A stretch of 64,000 nucleotides of DNA from Bugula neritina (lineage: Eukaryota; Animalia; Bryozoa), in assembly GCA_964035545.1 (NCBI GenBank), contig OZ037773.1, positions 3,687,751 to 3,751,750 on the forward strand. The letters are read 5' to 3'. Every line of letters begins with the position of its first letter. The first letter of the stretch is position 1. Below the pieces are notes generated by a model, which made no database searches, was not told the DNA's origin, and worked only from the letters and a program-made list of their open reading frames with translations. Of the stretch, positions 15,040 through 28,429 are shown one piece after another. The translations under genes were made by a program, and so were the position numbers.

Positions 15040-15310
15040 TGGATATAGTTAATGGCTGTAATATAATATAAATATAATTACTGGGCAGAATATATAATAA
15101 ATATAGTTACTAGATGTAATATAATACAGATATAATTACTGAATGTAAAATAATACAGATATAATTACTAGATGTAATATAATACAGGTGTAATTACTAG
15201 ATGTAATATAATACAGGTATAATTACTAGATGTAATATAATATAGATATAATTATTAGATGTAATATAATATAGATATTATTATTAAATGTAACATAAAG
15301 ATATAATTAG
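15040..15310. repeat. ~29-bp AT-rich minisatellite (taattactagatgtaatataatacaggta)
   Basis: Degenerate tandem copies. Confidence 0.8.
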
Positions 15311-15692
15311 GATACTCAGCTATAAGTATTTGCTAGTGCAGAGGCTATTTAATAGATTTGGAGGAATATGTGAAGTAATTCTCTACATGAAGCACTATTA
15401 AGATATTACATCAAGATAATGCGAATAAATGGAAACACCATATAATTAGCTGGCTGAGTTAAATTGGTTCAGACAAGTACTTTATCCAAAGTATAATAAA
15501 ATACAGTGCCAGCTGTCAAACTAGACTGAGGTGTGTGTTGGATTCAATAGAAAATTTAGCTTTAGAGAGGGAAGAGAAATGAACCACCCTAAATATGAAA
15601 CACCAAGCATCACTTAATTAGTATTATTGGTTTTAGTATCTTGACAATACATTCAATATCAGAATAACTATATTTAGTAAACTGTAGAAGTT

Positions 15693-15951
15693 GGCGTCCG
15701 GTAAAAATAGCACAAGCAATAATGGCACAAATGGCAAAGTAGGTAAAAATAGCACATTTTCAATACTAGGTTGGGATTGAGTGTTTGGGACAGGAGGGGG
15801 TGGGTTAAGTTTAAGAGTTGAGGGTTTGAGTTAGGGGTCTGGGAAACTTTAACATAAGTGTGCCATTTTTTCCTACTTTTCCATTTGTGCCCTTATAACC
15901 TGTGTCATTTTTACTGTGCCATTTTTACCTGTGCTATGTTTACCTAAAATC
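15693..15951. mobile_element. MITE family B (subterminal ggcac/gtgcc repeats, G/T-rich centre) with 9-bp TSD, Mutator-like
   Basis: Flanked by direct repeat GTAGAAGTT (15684-15692 and 15952-15960); imperfect inverted arms. Related copies at ~18183-18457 and ~61295-61551. Confidence 0.75.
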
Positions 15952-16644
15952 GTAGAAGTTATGTCACGATTTCTATCACAGTTTAAGCCCACATTGCCAG
16001 ATAGACAGATGGTCTAGTTACCACCTGCCCCTCTTTTCCCCAGCTTAGTGTGGCAATAATTTTTCCACTAAAGACAGTGCGGTGTTTTCAAGCTCAATGC
16101 TATTACAGATCAGTGAAATACTACAGCAAACAGTTTGTGTGTTTTTAGTTATAAGCATGAAGTGGCATCAAATATTAATATCTCCATTGATTATTTACTT
16201 TGTCTAAGTGTTTTGTTATTTACATGATAGTTCACATATAGGCCTTATGCAAAGCAAAGTCAACTTCCTTTCTTGTACTCATAATTAGGTCACGCTTTTG
16301 AAAGCAATCTTTGTGACAAACAATCAAATAGCAATATTATAGTGGCAGCATGATGACATGTAGACAAAGTTCCTCCCCCTTCACCCCTCACCCCTTCTTT
16401 GCCCCCCCCCCCCACACACATCCCCCACACTGTTCATATCAATATGTGACAATGCCTAGCCTAATGTAAAATAATACTAGAATCTTCTAAATTCTACATA
16501 ATTTTATTTGTAACTTGCAGTAAGAGCCGGTAAGAGTTAGAATACATTATAATGTTATAGTAGTGGATATTTAGACTGATAATGCATTATAATACTGTTG
16601 ATAGTATATAATGATCCTGATAATGCATTATTATGTTACAGATA

Positions 16645-19600
16645 ATGGGCAATAACGCCAATGCGAAACTTACAAAGCCCTCTGTCAGTTTGAGTAGGAC
16701 AGAGAGAAAGTTGATACAGAGTTCTTGGTCATCTCACGTGCGGAAGGATGAGTTTATTGGAGCCAAAGTGTTTGACAGGTTTTTTACTCAACCATATATA
16801 AATGGCTTTATGAAAACTGAAGTTATATAACTAAAAGCACTCTACATGGTGCAGTAATGAAATACCTTTTTTAGTTTAAGTTATTTAATTTTCTTAATAA
16901 AAAATTGATTTGGGGTAAAGGTTGAAACTTCTAGAAGAACACAACCCATTTTGATACATTTCTAAAATAAAGCACCAGCGTTTTACAACTTATTCCTTAC
17001 TGCACCTTAAACTTATTAGTAGTTTATGATGAATCCTATTTGACGATATGCTACATTCTATGTGCTAGATACTGTATGCCATGTACTATACTCCATTATT
17101 GCACCTACCTCAAAGCATTAAAGATATTGCAAGTACAAGTATAGAGTTTAAATATTTCTAGAAAGCTACAGATATGCAAAATTGTGGCAGTTACAAAAAG
17201 TTTCTCATATGCCAATTTCAATATCCAAATAGTCAACACAACTCTATTTTAAAAGACATAACATCAATATAACAGTTAAAATCTAAAATATATTTACTCA
17301 ATACCGTTATTCGAGAATTGCCAGAGCCATAGTTTGATGGTACATTTAGTTTTACCTTTTTACAAGCGCATGAGTGTCTTTGTAATGAAACTATCATAAT
17401 GCTGGTCAGGATGAACTTCAAGAATTTTAAAGAACCACTGCCAAGTTGCATTTATGCAGTGTTAAAGTACTAAAGCATGAACTAAATATAACTTCGAAAG
17501 CATATTAGTTTAACAAAAAACTTTGTGCACACATCTTTAACAATTTCATAACAATGACTTATTTGGCAATATTTTGTTTATGCAGCTCAATGTACACGGC
17601 ACTGTAGAAGTAGTACTAGCCTAATTATAAATAGTTAAAATAATGAATTATCTAGAAGTTGTTTTCTAAGCTATATGTAGAAATTATTTACTGATGTCTT
17701 AAACATTTCACTAACTGGCTAAGCTGGAAAATAGCCCCCGTTTCATGTTTCAACCTTAGTCCTAGCATCAGTCCCATGTCTTATCTCAAATTTGGCTTAC
17801 CAAAGGAAAAACTTTCTAAGCTGCACATATAAATAATGTACTGTGACATATATGTTCCTGTATCTATTATTCACATCATTTGCATCTTTGAGTTTTCTCT
17901 ATCTTGAGTGTCAGTTGCTGAGTACTACTGTACAATCTACAGGTTGTTCACCGAGAGTCCAGAAGCTAAGGATTCGTTTAGTAATTTCGCCAACATTGAT
18001 GTCAACGATGACTATTACAACGAAGTTCTGCATAGACACGGCAGCAGAGTAAAAAATGCTGTCGGGAAAGTCATCGACTCGTTAGACTACCCCTACGAGT
18101 ATAAGAAGTTCCTAATCAGAATGGGTGCCAGACATTACAAAGAGTATAACTTTGATCCACAGTATAGTCAGGTGATTACTTAGGTGTCAGGTCAAAATGA
18201 CACAGCTAATAAAGGCACAAATGGCAAAGTAGGTAATAAAAGCCACATTTTCAACATTAGGGTTTGAGATGAGGTTTGGGAGTTTAGAATGGGGGGTTTA
18301 GGTTTGGGGTTGAGATTTAAGGGTTGGGGTTTAGGGTTTGGTGTTTGGAAGAATTTAACATCAGTTTGCCATTTTTTTCTACTTTTCGTTTGTGCCATTA
18401 TCACCTGTGCCATTATTACCTGTACCATTTTTACCTGTACCACTTTTACTTAAAGTCAACTACTACAAATACATTATAGTGAGGTGATCACATACAGAGG
18501 GAGTAATGCTGAGAGCATTTGTGATGAGTACTATCACTACTAAAAATACAGGAGGGTAAGGGCAAGTGTTAGTACCAAGGAAGTATAATTAATAGGTTTT
18601 CTTCTAATAGTCTTTTTTCAATATTTTGTGCAATATGTTACCAGGTGTGAATTGAGTTACCACTTATATTGCCAGCTGCTGCTGTGCCAGCTGTCAGTGT
18701 GCTATTGCGCCAGCTGTCAGTGTGCTATTGCACCAGCTACCAGAGTCATTCTTTGGTAACTAAGTGCGGAAGATTATCTCCCCTCTAAGATATAAGTATG
18801 GTAATTAATAGGCTGATACCATTAAGCTAGAGTTGGCATTGACAATGCTGAAGCGGACTTTCACACTACAGGTTAAAGCGAACTGTAGTCTAAAAGTGTT
18901 GGTTGCTTTGTATCATACTCTTTTTTAGTCGTTCATACTTTAAGAAATCAACAAACCCACAGCTTGTAAGAAATATAATTTCCTAACTAATGAAAATGCA
19001 GTAAAACAGTTTTTGTAGCTGGACATGACCAAATTTATTTGCCTAATTTATTCAGGTTTACTATCAATATGGTAGTGCTATAGAAAGCAGCCATGATCTA
19101 GGGGTTAGGGGTTAGATCACTGGTTTAGTAAACACAAAGCTAGTAGTTTGAGTCCCAGTAAAAGCCATTGGTGATGTTAGGAAGAGCGTCTTCATATTGC
19201 TCCGGTGCTACAATAGAAAACAAGTCCTTAGCCCGCTTAATAAAAACTCTTTCCATCTTTCTCACAATGATGATGAATATAAACCCATGTGACATTTTTC
19301 TTACTAACATAATTATGCTAGATTAACTAGTATTATGCTGCTTACCCTTTACGAATTAAAATTTTAAAAGTTAAAAGTATGTAACTTAAATTGTTTTCGT
19401 AGGAAAAAAATTATGTTGCATTTCATTAGAAATCTTCCAAACATAACAATCCTATACCAACCTTATACCAATCCTATACCAACCTTATACCAACTCGATG
19501 CCAACCTTATACCAACCCGATGCCATAATACGATTCTCCTTAAACCTTATACATATACATAATTTACTCTTCCATGACTATATTTGAACTATTATGTACA

Positions 19601-19759
19601 TAATTTACTTGTATATATTTTCAGGTCATCCTGGAATACTTTTTGGCTGACATCAAGGACACGATGGGAGAAGATTGGAGCAGTGAAATTGAAGTAGCCT
19701 ATAGGAAACTCTTTAGTATCATGACTTTTTATATGATAGATCTAAGACTTGATTCTTAA
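16645..19759 (+). CDS. Globin, 165 aa, with N-terminal extension beginning MG
   Basis: Exons 16645-16778, 17943-18171, 19625-19759; introns at the canonical B12.2 and G7.0 positions. A-helix LIQSSW, CD1 Phe (KDSF), distal His (LHRHGSRV), proximal His (MGARH), H-helix AYRKLF. Confidence 0.92.
18183..18457. mobile_element. MITE family B copy in globin intron 2
   Basis: aaggcacaaatggcaaagtaggt...gtgccattatcacctgtgcc homologous to 15693-15951. Confidence 0.75.
19083..19300 (+). mobile_element. tRNA-derived SINE copy
   Basis: gcagccatgatctaggggttag...gtttgagtccc...gttaggaagagc...attgctcc matches the 57481 copy. Confidence 0.75.
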
Positions 19760-21156
19760 TTCCACATTAATGTAGCACAATTATATATTTATTCAATATG
19801 ATAAACTATACTATTTATTATAATATAAACGTTATATATTATATATTATATTATGTATATAAAATGTATGAGATAGGTTTACTAATGGCTTGGTAAGTTT
19901 GACTGACATAGTAAGCCTTAAGTTACGAAAAAGCCTGGGTGATAGAAGATTTCCATACAGACGTCCAGTCGTTGCACTAACAAACTTTTATAGAACACTT
20001 GATGTAGCATTTTATATTATCTTTGATCATCTATACTCATGCCTAGTATATGCTAATACTGACAGATTCTATCAGCATCAAAGCCTTTGTAATAATAAAG
20101 TAATGCAGCATTATCACTGAGCAATCTGTGTCTGGTGGATTAGATTATTTATTGGATAATTTCTGTAATCTAGGTAACAATTTTAGTTTTGTATTGTATT
20201 TTGATTATAGAGTTATAAATGAACTTAATTTCTATGAAACCAATAATTGGTGTGATAAGAAATACACTATACATATATGACCGTGTCATTATCAGCTAGT
20301 ATATTGCCCGTTCAAGTATTTTTACGATTTGCCTGCACTTAATGTTAAACCAAATAAGCAAATCAACCATTTGTGACGTAGAGCCAGCATAACAATTAAA
20401 TGTTAAGCAAGATCAACCAGACAGAGAGCATGTGTGAGTTTTTCTGTCACTCTAGAGCTTACTCTTTAGAGTTGCGACATCACTGCAAACCATAACCACT
20501 GTAGTTCAAAAACTGGACACACTTGAAGGATTCACGTCACACTTTACTTATATAGTATGAGCATATTCATATATCTCTTAGCCATCATCTAAATATTGTG
20601 AGGGTTGTATATACCCAACCAATTTTGTTCTATGGCAAGTTTAGTGCACACATATCCTAAAATTAGTTACAGATTTTTGAGCTCTCTTCGATGATGTGGT
20701 CGGTAAGTTTCTGGAAACAGATCCTAATGTGTTTCAACTTTACCAAACTTAAGGGCTATTAACTTAATTAAAACTAAACAAGAAACATCTTTTGTTATCT
20801 ACTACTTTGTTTATATGAATAAACAAAGTAAAATTTTATTTCGGATAGCTTGCTGTATCTATTTTCAAAGACAATTAATTCTAAAGATATACACAGCTAC
20901 ATCTGTAATATGAATTTACTTTGTTTATTTATATTAATAAAGTAGCAAATAAGTATATGTTCTTGTTTAGTTGCTTTTAATTTGTTTTTGAACTGTAGGT
21001 ATATAAGAAAGACAATATAATTAATTAATATACAAAATAATTTATTTAAAAACAAAATGCCTTGGTCATATAATGAATAGATGTAAAGCAAGGAAAATGA
21101 AAAGATGAAAAAATTAATTCTATTGCTAAGACTATATTGACCTTGTAAAAATATGA

Positions 21157-22289
21157 CTATTTAACTTCAGGATTCATCTTTCTTTTATGGTAGAAAATAA
21201 GAGGGAAAAGGCAAGAAAGTCCCACTAATCCAAAGCAACCCATTGCAAGAAATCCATACTGTCCCCCAGTTTCCTTGCTAATATATACTATAATTACATG
21301 AATATATACTGTAAGTACATGAATATATACTGTAAGTACATGAATATATACTATAAGTACATGAATATATACTATAAGTACATGAATATATACTATAAGT
21401 ACATGAATATATACTATAAGTACATGAACATATACTGTAAGTACATGAATATATACTGTAAGTACATGAATATATACTATAAGTACATGAATATATACTA
21501 TAAGTACATGAATATATACTATAAGTACATGAATATATACTATAAGTACATGAATATATACTATAAGTACATGAATATATACTATAAGTACATGAATATA
21601 TAATATATAAACAAGCAAAGTTAATGATAGTAATAAGCGAAATTTCTAGTATAAAAAGTGGCATTTAAGCATGTTTGTGTTTATTGATATTAGCAATCAA
21701 TAGCTATTGTATATGAACTTATAATATAAAAATTATGCAACAGTTTTATTTGTCATTACAGTAACTTCGTTCTGTACCTAGATAAAACTATAACTTTTAA
21801 CGAGGAATGTTTCAACATTTATAACTTGGAGTTGCTTTTTCTCTTATTGTAGGTCATAGATTAGTTGAGTCAAGAGCTTGGAAAAAATTTGAACATTTTT
21901 TCCTTTTAGGATGAAAGTTTTTAATTTTAAAATTAAAGTTATAAACTATTTTGGTTGCAAATTTTAAATATTTTAAATTGAAATAAATTATCAAGTTCAT
22001 ATTCTATTATTTAGGACTTTAAATATAAGTCAAATGTGCATATCAATGGATGTACATTTCTTTTATAGCTTAGAATAGTGCACTTGGCAATACTTTACCA
22101 AATAAGGGTGGTATAGCTAAGCTTCCAATGCCATCACCCATTAAATGGAGCCCTACTAAGAGAGGCTGCAATCTGGCCCCCCACACCATGTTTGTGATTG
22201 GTAGAAATGTGACAGTGGTGCCTCCATGTCCTATGCCATAGACCAGTGCCACGACGTAGTACATAACCTAAACACAAGTGTGTTTGCTT

Positions 22290-22386
<97 letters not shown>

Positions 22387-25300
22387 GCGTGTGCGTGTGC
22401 GTGTGCGTGTGCGTGTGCGTGTGTGTGTGAGTGTGCGTGTGCGTGTGCGTGTGCATGTGCGTTTGTGTTGTGAGTGTGAGTGTGTGTGTGTGTGTGTGTG
22501 AGTGTGTGAGTGTGTGTGTGTGTGTAGGAGAATGAAAAAGACTAAAATTGAGTGTAACTAGTATTTTAATAAAACATGGTGCATGTAAATATACGGTCCT
22601 ATTAATTAGCATGAGCATAAACATTGTAGTTTTTACAACCTATAAGCAGAACTATAATATTAATTAGAAATAGAGCTGTCTTACCATGCAATTATAAATA
22701 GAGTTGTCTTACCATGCAATTAGAAATAGAGTTGTCTTACCATGCAATTAGAAACAGAGTTGTCTTACCTTGCAATTAGAAATAGAGTTGTCTCACCTTG
22801 CAATTAGAAACAGAGTTGTCTTACCTTACAATTAAAAATAGAGTTGTCTTACCATGCAATTAGAAACAGAGTTGTCTTACCATGCAATTAGAAATAGAGT
22901 TGTCTTACCTTGCAATTAGAAACAGAGTTGTCTTACCTTGCAATTAGAAATAGAGTTGTCTTACCTTGCAATTAGAAATAGAGTTGTCTTACCTTGCAAT
23001 TAGAAATAGAGTTGTCTTACCATGCAATTAGAAACAGAGTTGTCTTACCTTGCAATTAGAAAAAGCCTGTATGATGGTGGCGAGGCACATCAATGCATAC
23101 ATGAGAAAATGACACGTCATTCTGTCATACTTGATGTAGGACGAAGCAGTTACGAAGACACAGGCCAGAAGCCTTCCAACGCCTGTAAGTATAAAAAGTT
23201 ATTTGCAACAATGGTAGGACTTTTCATAATATGCTATCACAGTTTTTTTTGAAAATAGTTATTGTGTTATTGTGTTATTGTGATTTATATTTCAGCAGAT
23301 AATTGTTACATAGATTGATTCAACAAATAGATAAACAATGATACAATAGAATATACAAGCCAATTGGTTGCAATGAATTAAGTTAAATAAGTAAAATATT
23401 TAAAATATAACACATTATATGAGAAACTATACCAATGAGTGTTACTCCAGTAGCTGCTTCATCTACAGTCAAGTTGATGGTGGACACCATAAAGCTGTTG
23501 ATCAGTACTGAAGTGGCTACATTAAGAGTTGTCCACACCAGTCCTGAGACGACATACAGCCACACCTGCAGCGCACAAATCTCGTTTGACATATCCTGCA
23601 TTGCAATACTCATATTTTTTCTCGGTTCAAGTTTTCATTCAAACTCGGTTTTCAGTTATAGTGTTAATCTACAAACAAGTTAGCTAAAATTTAACTTGTG
23701 CTCTAATTGGCTGCTAGTAAACAGGTTAGGAGGTCAACTGGTTAATAGGTTAACAATAATTCACAAAAGCAACACTTGATTTTCTTTATTAACTTTCTTG
23801 CCCTGTTTGGTTTGCTGATAAAAAAGTAACCAAACCATTTTAATTTGCAACTTTAAGCCAAATATTTCTTGCACTCAGTGCTGATGATATTTTACAATTT
23901 TCTCAAATGAAACAATTGGTGAATAACTGTTGAATAACTGTTGAATAATGCTACTCACATATGGAGACTTGGATAGCTGTATAAAGTCTTTCTTGAGTTG
24001 ACCAGGTTTGTCTTCTGTCTCTGATTCAACTTCACTAAGGCTGCGATCATTTTCAGCAAAATGCACCTCATTCTAAAAACGAAAAAAAAAAATCAAATTT
24101 CACTTTCAATGCAATTTTAAAAATTTTACATTTCCATATTTACGCTTTGTATCTAGACTGTTAAACTCAGTCATTTGAGTAAACAGAATGTAACTTATTT
24201 TGCAGCTATTCCATTATTGCTTGTAATGACCAGCTTTACTTTTGACTTTACTCATAGATTGTTATAAGAGAGTGAGTAACTAGGCAGAGAAAGTACCAGA
24301 ATCAGCTCAGTGTTCCATGAAACACTGTTCATAGATAACGGACTTTCTCAATATAGCTTAAGTTCTGGGAGGTTGTGTCTGCCATTGTTTTATCAACTAC
24401 AGTCTAATTACAGTATAGATTTTACTTACGAGTTTATTTTCTAGCGTCTCTTGGTTGTCAACGTTTGTGGGAAAGATTGTTGCTATCCCAACTTTAGTTT
24501 TTAAAGTCTCACATTCAGCTATAAAAGCATACAAGTCTATACTAATATTGTAGTAGTAGAAAAAGATAAAGGAAGCCAAAAATTATGTGGTGGATGCAAG
24601 ATTGCATTATATGTTTTCAAATTTGCAGACTTAAATGTGCCAGATAGTAAGGGTTAATTAGCAAAAGATTGAACCTTAGTAAACATTTTTACGATATGAG
24701 CTATGATTTTTCAACAAACTTTCAGTATTTCTAGCAAAACTGCAAAAAATATTTTTGATATTTTGGTAGAACTGCTTAACTCACTAGTTTGTCAAATTGC
24801 TGTAACTTATATATCTGTAATATCAGCAACTTCCGCAACATAATAGAAATTTAGACTTTACTTTTTAGATTTATGTATATACGAAAATTTAACAACATAG
24901 AATAAGTGTTAATTTCAACTGGTTTCAATTGCAAGCAATCGATTGCCTAATAACAATCCTTCACTAAAACCTCTGCTCCTACAACAGGTACATGCATAGT
25001 CCTGTCGTTGTATTGTTGACCAGGTACTTATGCAGTTTTTTAAGTTGTTTCGCACCAATCTCTGAGATAAATTAAATTTAAACCTAATAAAACAGATAAT
25101 ATATGTAAAACCTGAGAAGTTTAGATTGAATATAAGAGTAGTAGTACCTAATGTATAGAATATTTAATTACTTGTGTAGGAGCTGCTAATCTATTTGATT
25201 AATTGAGTTTATTGTAAGTTATTACATTGCCTAGTCTTGATTTATAAACAAATTAAAAGAAATTTTTATGAAACTAAATTTATCACATTGACAAGTATTC

Positions 25301-28300
25301 ATTAACCATAAAAAAGACTAAATGCTACACAGAATAATTTAATAAAAAAATATGATTTGAAACTTTTAGGCACGAATAATCTTAAACCTTGTAAAGGATT
25401 GTTAGCTCTTTCATACTCACACTTGGGAACAAAGAAGCATAATCCCGTGAGAAAGTGTATAATCTGTATAGCGGATACAATCCCCATAGCCTTAGGGTAG
25501 TGAAACTTATCCAAAAGATAATCAAAGAATACTGGCCAAATTGCACAACCGACAAAGGCTCCAGATACGCTGAGGGAAAAGGCTAGGTTTAGATGTTTGT
25601 CAAAGTGATGTACCAATATCTGACAGCTAGCACTGTATGTCATGCATGTACCAAGCCCTAAAACAATATATGCTCTCCTGTTACACCGTTTCATCTTCAG
25701 AGTTGCTTTACCTCTACACTGTAGTAAGAACTTATTACAGAATACTATATGCTCCGCCTTCTTATATGAAGGCGGTGCTGTGTCAGCAAACACACAGTTT
25801 CAGGTTGATAGTATACACTTTTATACTATATGCTTTTAAAACACGGTATGCATTTTCATAGTACAATATTGTGCTTTTAAAATGTAGTATATATTTTCAT
25901 AACACAACATTATACACTTTCATAGTATGGCACACACTTTTAAAATACAGCACAAGTTATTATAATGCAGTATATAATTCCAAATTACAATAATATACAC
26001 TAATTTCTTGATACACTTTCATATTGCAATATACACTTTATAATATTGTATACACTTTATAATACAGTATACACTTTATAATATTGTATACACTTTATAA
26101 TACAGTATACACTCTATAATACAGTATACACTTTATAATATATTATACACTCTATAATATTGTATACACTTTATAATATTGTATACACTTTATAATACCG
26201 TATGCACTTTATAATATTGTATACACTTTATAATACAGTATACACTTTATAATATTGTATACACTTTATAATATTGTATAAATTTTATAACATTGTATAC
26301 ACTTTATAATACAATATGCACTCTCATAATACAGTAGCCTATACAATTTAATAATACAGTGTTAACTCTTATCATAATAGTATATGTTATACGTATTTGT
26401 AATGCATGATATTCAATGCTTAAACAATAATAATTTTATCCAGAACACTATCAGCAATCAGCTATCAATAGTTGATAATTTATTAGCTATCTTCAATCAG
26501 ATTAGAACCTTTGCTAAGTTGAAAACATAAGTGGATATTTTGTACATCTTTTGGAATCTTTGAGTTAATAAGAGAAAATTACAAATTATTAACTTATTCA
26601 CCAAGTTGTTTTAATTTCATTTAAAACTGCTGTACTTTTAAAAAATGATAAAGTTTTATTTATAATTAAATCAGCATTTTCTTTCACCAAAAAAAATGTT
26701 TGCAAAAGAGTGAAATTTGTGCACATCGACTTACAAATAGCTGCATAAAATGTGTTGAAAGCTAGCAGGTAAAATACTGCAGAAAAAATATTACCTGCAA
26801 GAAAGCTGAAGAGTAAAATTGCTTGCCAAGCTTCCGTAGCTAAAGTTGTGAGTAGTAAGCTAATGACCAAGCAGACACTTCCTAGAAGCTGTATAGACCG
26901 AACTCCATATTTCTTAATGGCTATTGATATGGGTGGGCCTACAACAGGTCCAACAATTATTCAACTTTAGTTATATCACTATATGATAACTGGGTTATAA
27001 ATTACAGCACCTTAGTAAATATTATGTTTAGAGAGTTCAACATGTGTTGAAAGATTTGAGGCAGAAGTGTGGTCTTGTGATCTCCAGTAGCCCCTATACA
27101 GTGTAATGAATTGCATGGTAGAAGCCCGAGGTCCAATTACTAATGTGGGTAGAAGTTTTAGTAAGCTCTTTTGGCCCAAGTAATGTGAATTACTACTCTT
27201 ACGGAGCTTAGAGGCCGGTAAAGCCCAGGACCTGACAGAAGAACAGGGGGGGGGGGGGTGCAGTGGAGTTCTAGAGAAGTGGGTGGAATGTGGTGGGGTG
27301 ATTCTTCAGTAGCCCTTGTAGTGTGATGGGTAGCCGGCTACTTGCAAGTTGGGGTCTGCAGTTTAATTCCTGGCAAGGAGCAACACTTTTTACAAAAAGA
27401 GGCTTCCAGGTCTGGCAAAGCTGCACAACGCTTCAAGAATATGAGAATACAACTCTTAATTTAACCAATGTACAATGCACTACAGAGCATTACATTAAAG
27501 CATTACCCAACAGGCTATGGAGATTTCCAGTGGAAAATTTTATCACCAAAAACTCCTTTTTTGGTATGAGTCTTTAATTCTTTGACAGTGTTTATAATAT
27601 TTGCAATTTGCAAAAAGTACTTGTTGACTTGTGATGAAAAATTTTAGGATGCTGTTTATGAACATTAAAAGTTGTATTTAGATGATATAGTTATCAGGAA
27701 AAGGTATCTTGTTGAATCGAAGGGTTGAAAATGATTAATCTTTTAAAACTTGTTAAATTTTGTTCACCAAAGTAGTATATTGTGTAAAATTGTAGTTGTT
27801 TTGACGTCATCCTTGAACTACTCAACCAATAGAAGTACATTGTCTGCCTGTCTGTCCACAATAGTCTGGAATTGTTAGACAAGTAGATCATGCCATGTTC
27901 AAAATATTATTACTAAAATTGTTATAATCAAAATTAGGCAACCTTAAGTTTTTTTTACAGAAACGTGTTGGTTGGCCATATTATTTCAAGAGCAGTTTTA
28001 TACAAATTTTATTCAGCTAAAAGGGACTACAAATACATGAAATTATTTTACATTCTAAAATGCCCAACTGCGACATTATTTTGATGCTTTTGACACTTTT
28101 GTCTTATTTCCAATTAACTTTATAGAAACTTTAGAATATTATACTAAATATAACATTAAAAGTCAAAATATGTTTGTAGTCTATTAGTCCTAATAGCCCG
28201 TATATGAATACTTACCGAAGATGTGCATGCAAGCGATGTAGGCCGAGCCAATAAGGCTGCTGAGTTGAAGGTCAATGTTAAAATAGTCCTTCTGCACGAT

Positions 28301-28429
28301 AGTTAGTCCGCCAGTCACCGAATTTGCAAATCCGTAATGAGCAAAACAGGAAATCGCTGTCATGCTCAACACTAGCCAAGCAAACCCGCTGTCTTTTTTC
28401 AAGACCGCTGGTTGCGGAAATTTCAGCAT
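21157..28429 (-). CDS. Monocarboxylate transporter-like MFS protein (SLC16 family)
   Basis: Phase-compatible exons on minus: 28216-28429, 26795-26938, 25421-25657 (alternative donor 25388), 24430-24518, 23959-24072, 23433-23565, 23049-23182, 22099-22267, 21157-21287. SLC16 hallmarks DSGFAWLV, KKYGVR, HHFDKHLNLA, GVGRL; about 12 hydrophobic segments with a long central loop. Confidence 0.88.
21281..21600 (-). repeat. 21-bp minisatellite x~15 containing the last splice acceptor of the MFS gene
   Basis: Minus-strand unit tacttatag|tatatattcatg matches the real junction aattatag|tatatattagc. Confidence 0.92.
22296..22525. repeat. Compound (AT)n(GT)n(GTGCGT)n microsatellite
   Basis: Direct reading. 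Confidence 0.95.
22662..23062 (-). repeat. 28-bp minisatellite x~14 containing a splice donor of the MFS gene
   Basis: Minus-strand unit tttctaattgcaag|gtaagacaactct(a/g); the first copy is the true exon end at 23049. Confidence 0.92.
26020..26340. repeat. 19-bp AT-rich minisatellite (tatacactttataatattg)
   Basis: Tandem copies in MFS intron 2. Confidence 0.85.

Noticed and set aside
18260-18345. Telomere-like ggtttagg/ggggtt tract
   Set aside because: It is the G/T-rich centre of MITE family B, present in three dispersed copies.
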